Below are positions 60,796 through 64,000 of a DNA stretch of 64,000 nucleotides, one piece after another (the stretch's first letter is position 1; each line of letters starts with the position of its first letter). Source of the stretch: Bacteroidota bacterium. Lineage in GTDB: Bacteria > Bacteroidota > Bacteroidia > Bacteroidales > WCHB1-69. The notes beneath the pieces were generated by a model. That model was not told the DNA's origin. It saw nothing but the letters and a program-made list of their open reading frames with translations, and did no database searches. The stretch spans positions 8,066-72,065 of the forward strand of contig JAEZOU010000014.1 of NCBI GenBank assembly GCA_023413895.1, in the 5' to 3' direction. The translations under genes were made by a program, and so were the position numbers.

Positions 60796-61560
60796 ATGCT
60801 TAGAATTGAAAACTTACATGTTTCCATTAAGGGAAAAGAGATTTTAAAAGGAGTCAATCTTCATGTGCAAAGGGGTGAAGTTCACGCAATTATGGGTCCT
60901 AACGGAACAGGGAAAAGCACTTTAGCATCTGTTATTGCAGGAAAAGATCTTTTTGATGTTACCGAGGGACAAATCATATATAAAGAGAAAAATCTTCTTG
61001 ATCTTTCTATTGAGGATCGAGCCAGAGAAGGCATTTTTATTGGATTTCAATATCCAGTAGAGATTCCTGGCGTTAGCATTAATAATTTTATGCGCACAGC
61101 TTTGAACGAAATCCGCCAATATAAAAAACTTCCTCCACTAACTGCATCACAATTTATCACTCTTATGGAGGAAAAAAGAAAAGTTGTTGAACTCACTTCA
61201 AAACTTAGTGATCGTTCTGTTAATGAAGGTTTTTCAGGTGGAGAAAAGAAGAGAAATGAAATTTTCCAAATGGCAGTTTTAGAACCAGAACTTGCTATTT
61301 TGGATGAAACCGATTCTGGGTTGGATATTGACGCCTTAAGAATTGTTGCTAATGGTGTAAATCAACTAAAAAGCAAAGATAATGCTACCGTTGTAATCAC
61401 CCACTACCAACGCCTTCTTGATTACATTGTTCCCGATGTTGTACATGTACTTTTTGACGGAAAGATTGTAAAATCTGGACCTAAAGAGTTAGCTTTGGAA
61501 TTGGAAGAAAAAGGCTACGATTGGATTAAAACTGAGTATGAACAAGGACTTATCAAATAG
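60796..61560 (+). CDS. sufC: Fe-S cluster assembly ATPase SufC
   Basis: Walker A GPNGTGKST, signature FSGGEKKRNEI, Walker B LAILDETDSGLD, H-loop ITHY. Confidence 0.94.
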   Translation: MLRIENLHVSIKGKEILKGVNLHVQRGEVHAIMGPNGTGKSTLASVIAGKDLFDVTEGQIIYKEKNLLDLSIEDRAREGIFIGFQYPVEIPGVSINNFMRTALNEIRQYKKLPPLTASQFITLMEEKRKVVELTSKLSDRSVNEGFSGGEKKRNEIFQMAVLEPELAILDETDSGLDIDALRIVANGVNQLKSKDNATVVITHYQRLLDYIVPDVVHVLFDGKIVKSGPKELALELEEKGYDWIKTEYEQGLIK

Positions 61561-61563
61561 AAA

Positions 61564-62940
61564 ATGCAAGATTTTACCCAATTTATAAAACAAACTTTTG
61601 AAGCACGAAACGATTCTTCTCCATTTGAGACTCTCCGAAAAGAAGCGTTTACTAAATTCTGCGAACAAGAGTTGCCCACCCAAAAAATTGAACAATGGCG
61701 TCATAAGGCAATTGATAAGTTGGTAGAACCTCAATATGCATTGCAAAGCGAGCCACTTCCTTATATTCCTATAGAGAAATTTTTCAAATGTAATGTGCAA
61801 AATATTAATACTCAAATGTTTGCATTTCTAAATGGTTGGTTTGTTCACGATGAACAGCCACTTCTTACATTTGAAAATGGAATTATAGTTGGAACTATTT
61901 TAGAAGCAGTAAAACAATATCCAGAGCTTGTTCTTCAACATTTTTCCAAAATTCGTCCAAACCAAACAGATGGTCTAATTGCTTTGAACGAAGCTCTTTT
62001 CTGCGATGGTATTTTTATCTATATTCCTGATAATGTACAAGCAAAAATGCCTATTCAAGTAGTTTCGTTAATTGAAAGCGACCAAAACTTGATGCTGCAA
62101 CATCACAACCTAATAGTAATGGGGAAAAATGCTGCGTTATCATTCATTCAATGCGATGACTCGTTGCGTAATGAGAAAAGTTTCATTAACAATGTTACTG
62201 AAATTTTTATGGACGAATATTCTCAATTGGATTATTACAAAATGGAGAATAAATCCTCCGAATCATTATTGGCTAATAGTATATATGTAAACCAACAGGC
62301 AAATTCTCAATTTTTCTCTAATGTTACCACTTTTAATGGTGGATATGTTCGGAATAACATACACGTTGAGATGAACGGAGAATATTCAGATGCTAAGTTA
62401 TATGGTTTATATTTGGTTGACAGAAAGCAATATGTTGACAATCAAGTAGAAGTTATTCACAACCAACCCAATACATCAAGTAATCAACTTTATAAAGGTA
62501 TTGCTGATGATGAAGCTGGAGCAAACTTTAATGGACATGTTATAGTGAAACCACAAGCACAAGGAATAGCTGCATATCAAATCAACAAAAATATTGCGCT
62601 TACTGATAGTGCGAAAATTACAACACATCCTTTTTTGGAAATTTATGCTGATGATGTGAAATGTAGTCATGGTGCCACTATCGGTCAATTAGACGAAGAT
62701 GCAATGTTCTACTTGCGTTCTCGTGGAATCTGCAAACGCAATGCGCGTATGTTGTTAATGTATGCATTTGCCAACAATGTAGCAGACTACGTTAAAATCC
62801 CTGAACTAAGAACTCGTCTTAACGAAATGATTCAGAAAAGACTAAGTGGAGAACTTTCTATCTGTGACCAATGCATACTACACTGCAGTAATAAAAAATC
62901 TTTCGATTTTGAATTTAAAATTAAACCATTTTCCAATTAA
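61564..62940 (+). CDS. sufD: Fe-S cluster assembly protein SufD
   Basis: 458 aa. Conserved C-terminal beta-helix region HPFLEIYADDVKCSHGATIGQLDEDAMFYLRSRGI. Confidence 0.88.
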   Translation: MQDFTQFIKQTFEARNDSSPFETLRKEAFTKFCEQELPTQKIEQWRHKAIDKLVEPQYALQSEPLPYIPIEKFFKCNVQNINTQMFAFLNGWFVHDEQPLLTFENGIIVGTILEAVKQYPELVLQHFSKIRPNQTDGLIALNEALFCDGIFIYIPDNVQAKMPIQVVSLIESDQNLMLQHHNLIVMGKNAALSFIQCDDSLRNEKSFINNVTEIFMDEYSQLDYYKMENKSSESLLANSIYVNQQANSQFFSNVTTFNGGYVRNNIHVEMNGEYSDAKLYGLYLVDRKQYVDNQVEVIHNQPNTSSNQLYKGIADDEAGANFNGHVIVKPQAQGIAAYQINKNIALTDSAKITTHPFLEIYADDVKCSHGATIGQLDEDAMFYLRSRGICKRNARMLLMYAFANNVADYVKIPELRTRLNEMIQKRLSGELSICDQCILHCSNKKSFDFEFKIKPFSN

Positions 62941-63011
62941 ATAAAAATCTGATTTAAAATTGTTTTTATTACAATAAGCAGTAAAAAACCTCGTTAAAAA
63001 TTTTCATCAAA

Positions 63012-63857
63012 TTGATTCTTGTGAGAAAATTAGGTACAATTCTTTTACTATTAATAATATCACTCGTTAGTATGGCGCAACGTTCCGAAATTGGTGGAAT
63101 GGTGGGTACTTCGTTCTATTTAGGCGATTTAAATCCCACTCGGCTTTTTGCTGCACCACGTGTTGCAGGTGGTATTGTTTATCGTTACAATTTCACGCCT
63201 AGATGGGCATTGAAAGCGGATATTTTATTTGCTGAAGTTACCGCTAGCGACATAAACAACAATAAAAATTACGATAGAAATTTAAGTTTTCGTTCGCCAA
63301 TAACCGAAATTTCCGCACAACTTGAACTTAATTTCTTCAAAATTTACAACATTCCAGCGCGCAACCGTTTCTCTCCATACATCTACGTTGGTATTACAGC
63401 TTTCTCCTTTAATCCTAAAGCACAATTGGATAGCGTATGGTATGATTTACAACCTTTAGGTACTGAAGGTCAGGGATTTGAAGGTGAAGAAGAAAGATAC
63501 TCTCTTTTCAACTTTGCTATTCCTTTTGGATTAGGTTTAAAGGTTAATATCGGAAAACATGTCTGCTTGGGCTTGGAATGGGGGATGCGCTATACTTTCA
63601 CAGACTATTTAGACGATGTTAAAGGTGAATATTACGATAATCAAATTTTAAGAAGAGAACGAGGAGACATAGTTGCAGACCTTGCAGACCGTTCAGAAAT
63701 ATTACACGAAGCTGGCACTGCACGCGGCAATATAAAAACCAAAGACCTCTACTCATTTGCCGTTTTTACAGCTACTTTTAAAATTGGAAATGAAGATCGC
63801 TCTTGCGACATCAGATACCAAGCAAAACCGCGTATCAAGAGAGGTAAAAAACACTAA
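63012..63857 (+). CDS. Outer-membrane beta-barrel protein (DUF6089-like)
   Basis: Signal peptide, alternating beta pattern. Its position immediately upstream of uppS is where I recall DUF6089 genes sitting in Bacteroidota. The start is uncertain (TTG 63012 or GTG 63021). Confidence 0.5.
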   Translation: MILVRKLGTILLLLIISLVSMAQRSEIGGMVGTSFYLGDLNPTRLFAAPRVAGGIVYRYNFTPRWALKADILFAEVTASDINNNKNYDRNLSFRSPITEISAQLELNFFKIYNIPARNRFSPYIYVGITAFSFNPKAQLDSVWYDLQPLGTEGQGFEGEEERYSLFNFAIPFGLGLKVNIGKHVCLGLEWGMRYTFTDYLDDVKGEYYDNQILRRERGDIVADLADRSEILHEAGTARGNIKTKDLYSFAVFTATFKIGNEDRSCDIRYQAKPRIKRGKKH

Positions 63858-63868
63858 TTCTCAAGCTA

Positions 63869-64000
63869 ATGAATCTTTCTGCTATTAATAAAAATAACAT
63901 TCCTGCACACGTAGCCATTATTATGGATGGAAACGGAAGATGGGCAAAAAAACAGGGAAAAGCTAGAGTTTTTGGTCATCAAGCTGGCGCAGAAACTGTA
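63869..64000 (+). CDS. uppS: Isoprenyl transferase (undecaprenyl diphosphate synthase), 3' partial
   Basis: My translation is [44 protein letters not shown], which carries the UppS signature. It runs off the window end and is therefore absent from the ORF track. Confidence 0.88.
   Translation, partial: MNLSAINKNNIPAHVAIIMDGNGRWAKKQGKARVFGHQAGAETV

Noticed and set aside
1-64000. Scan for CRISPR arrays, transposases, integrases, phage or defence-system genes
   Set aside because: I saw no regularly spaced direct repeats and no ORF with recognisable transposase, recombinase, restriction, Cas or toxin-antitoxin motifs. The only mobile-like signal is the inverted-repeat-flanked GC island, reported separately.

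Overview
AT-rich chromosomal segment, probably from an anaerobic member of Bacteroidota. Support for that call: sixteen exact TAnnTTTG -7 promoter boxes in front of genes, little use of Shine-Dalgarno sequences, many ORFs ending in T9SS C-terminal sorting domains, a PorV/PorQ-family barrel, and hydE plus a BcrAD-type activase. I call 45 protein genes (two cut by the window edges), one initiator tRNA-Met, 16 promoter boxes and 7 terminators. I saw no rRNA, CRISPR array, transposase, integrase or phage genes. Housekeeping genes include gcvP, sufB, sufC, sufD, xseB, trmD, rsfS, ftsH, cdsA, nspC, nadA, mnmA, hydE, dxs, greA, metK and uppS. Two parts look accessory. (1) 6.3-20.8 kb holds secreted T9SS cargo genes: a 2525-aa protein built from eight ~252-aa modules, a Cthe_2159-like beta-helix protein, a transglutaminase-like lipoprotein and a small gingipain-adhesin-like protein. 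It also holds a 431-bp GC-rich, C-skewed non-coding island bracketed by inverted repeats. (2) 45.5-55.2 kb is a tight three-gene operon: an oversized TonB-dependent-receptor-like barrel (1261 aa), an uncharacterised 1581-aa secreted protein with an atypical CTD-like tail, and a PorV/PorQ-family barrel (394 aa). This operon is my best candidate for an undescribed outer-membrane, T9SS-linked system. Other oddities: sufB lies 34.8 kb from sufCD, with a small KDKWG-repeat secreted protein in the sufC position; hydE and the transketolase N-terminal subunit both lack their usual partners; and a nitroreductase carries a lipoprotein signal. All functional calls come from reading motifs by eye. No database search was run.
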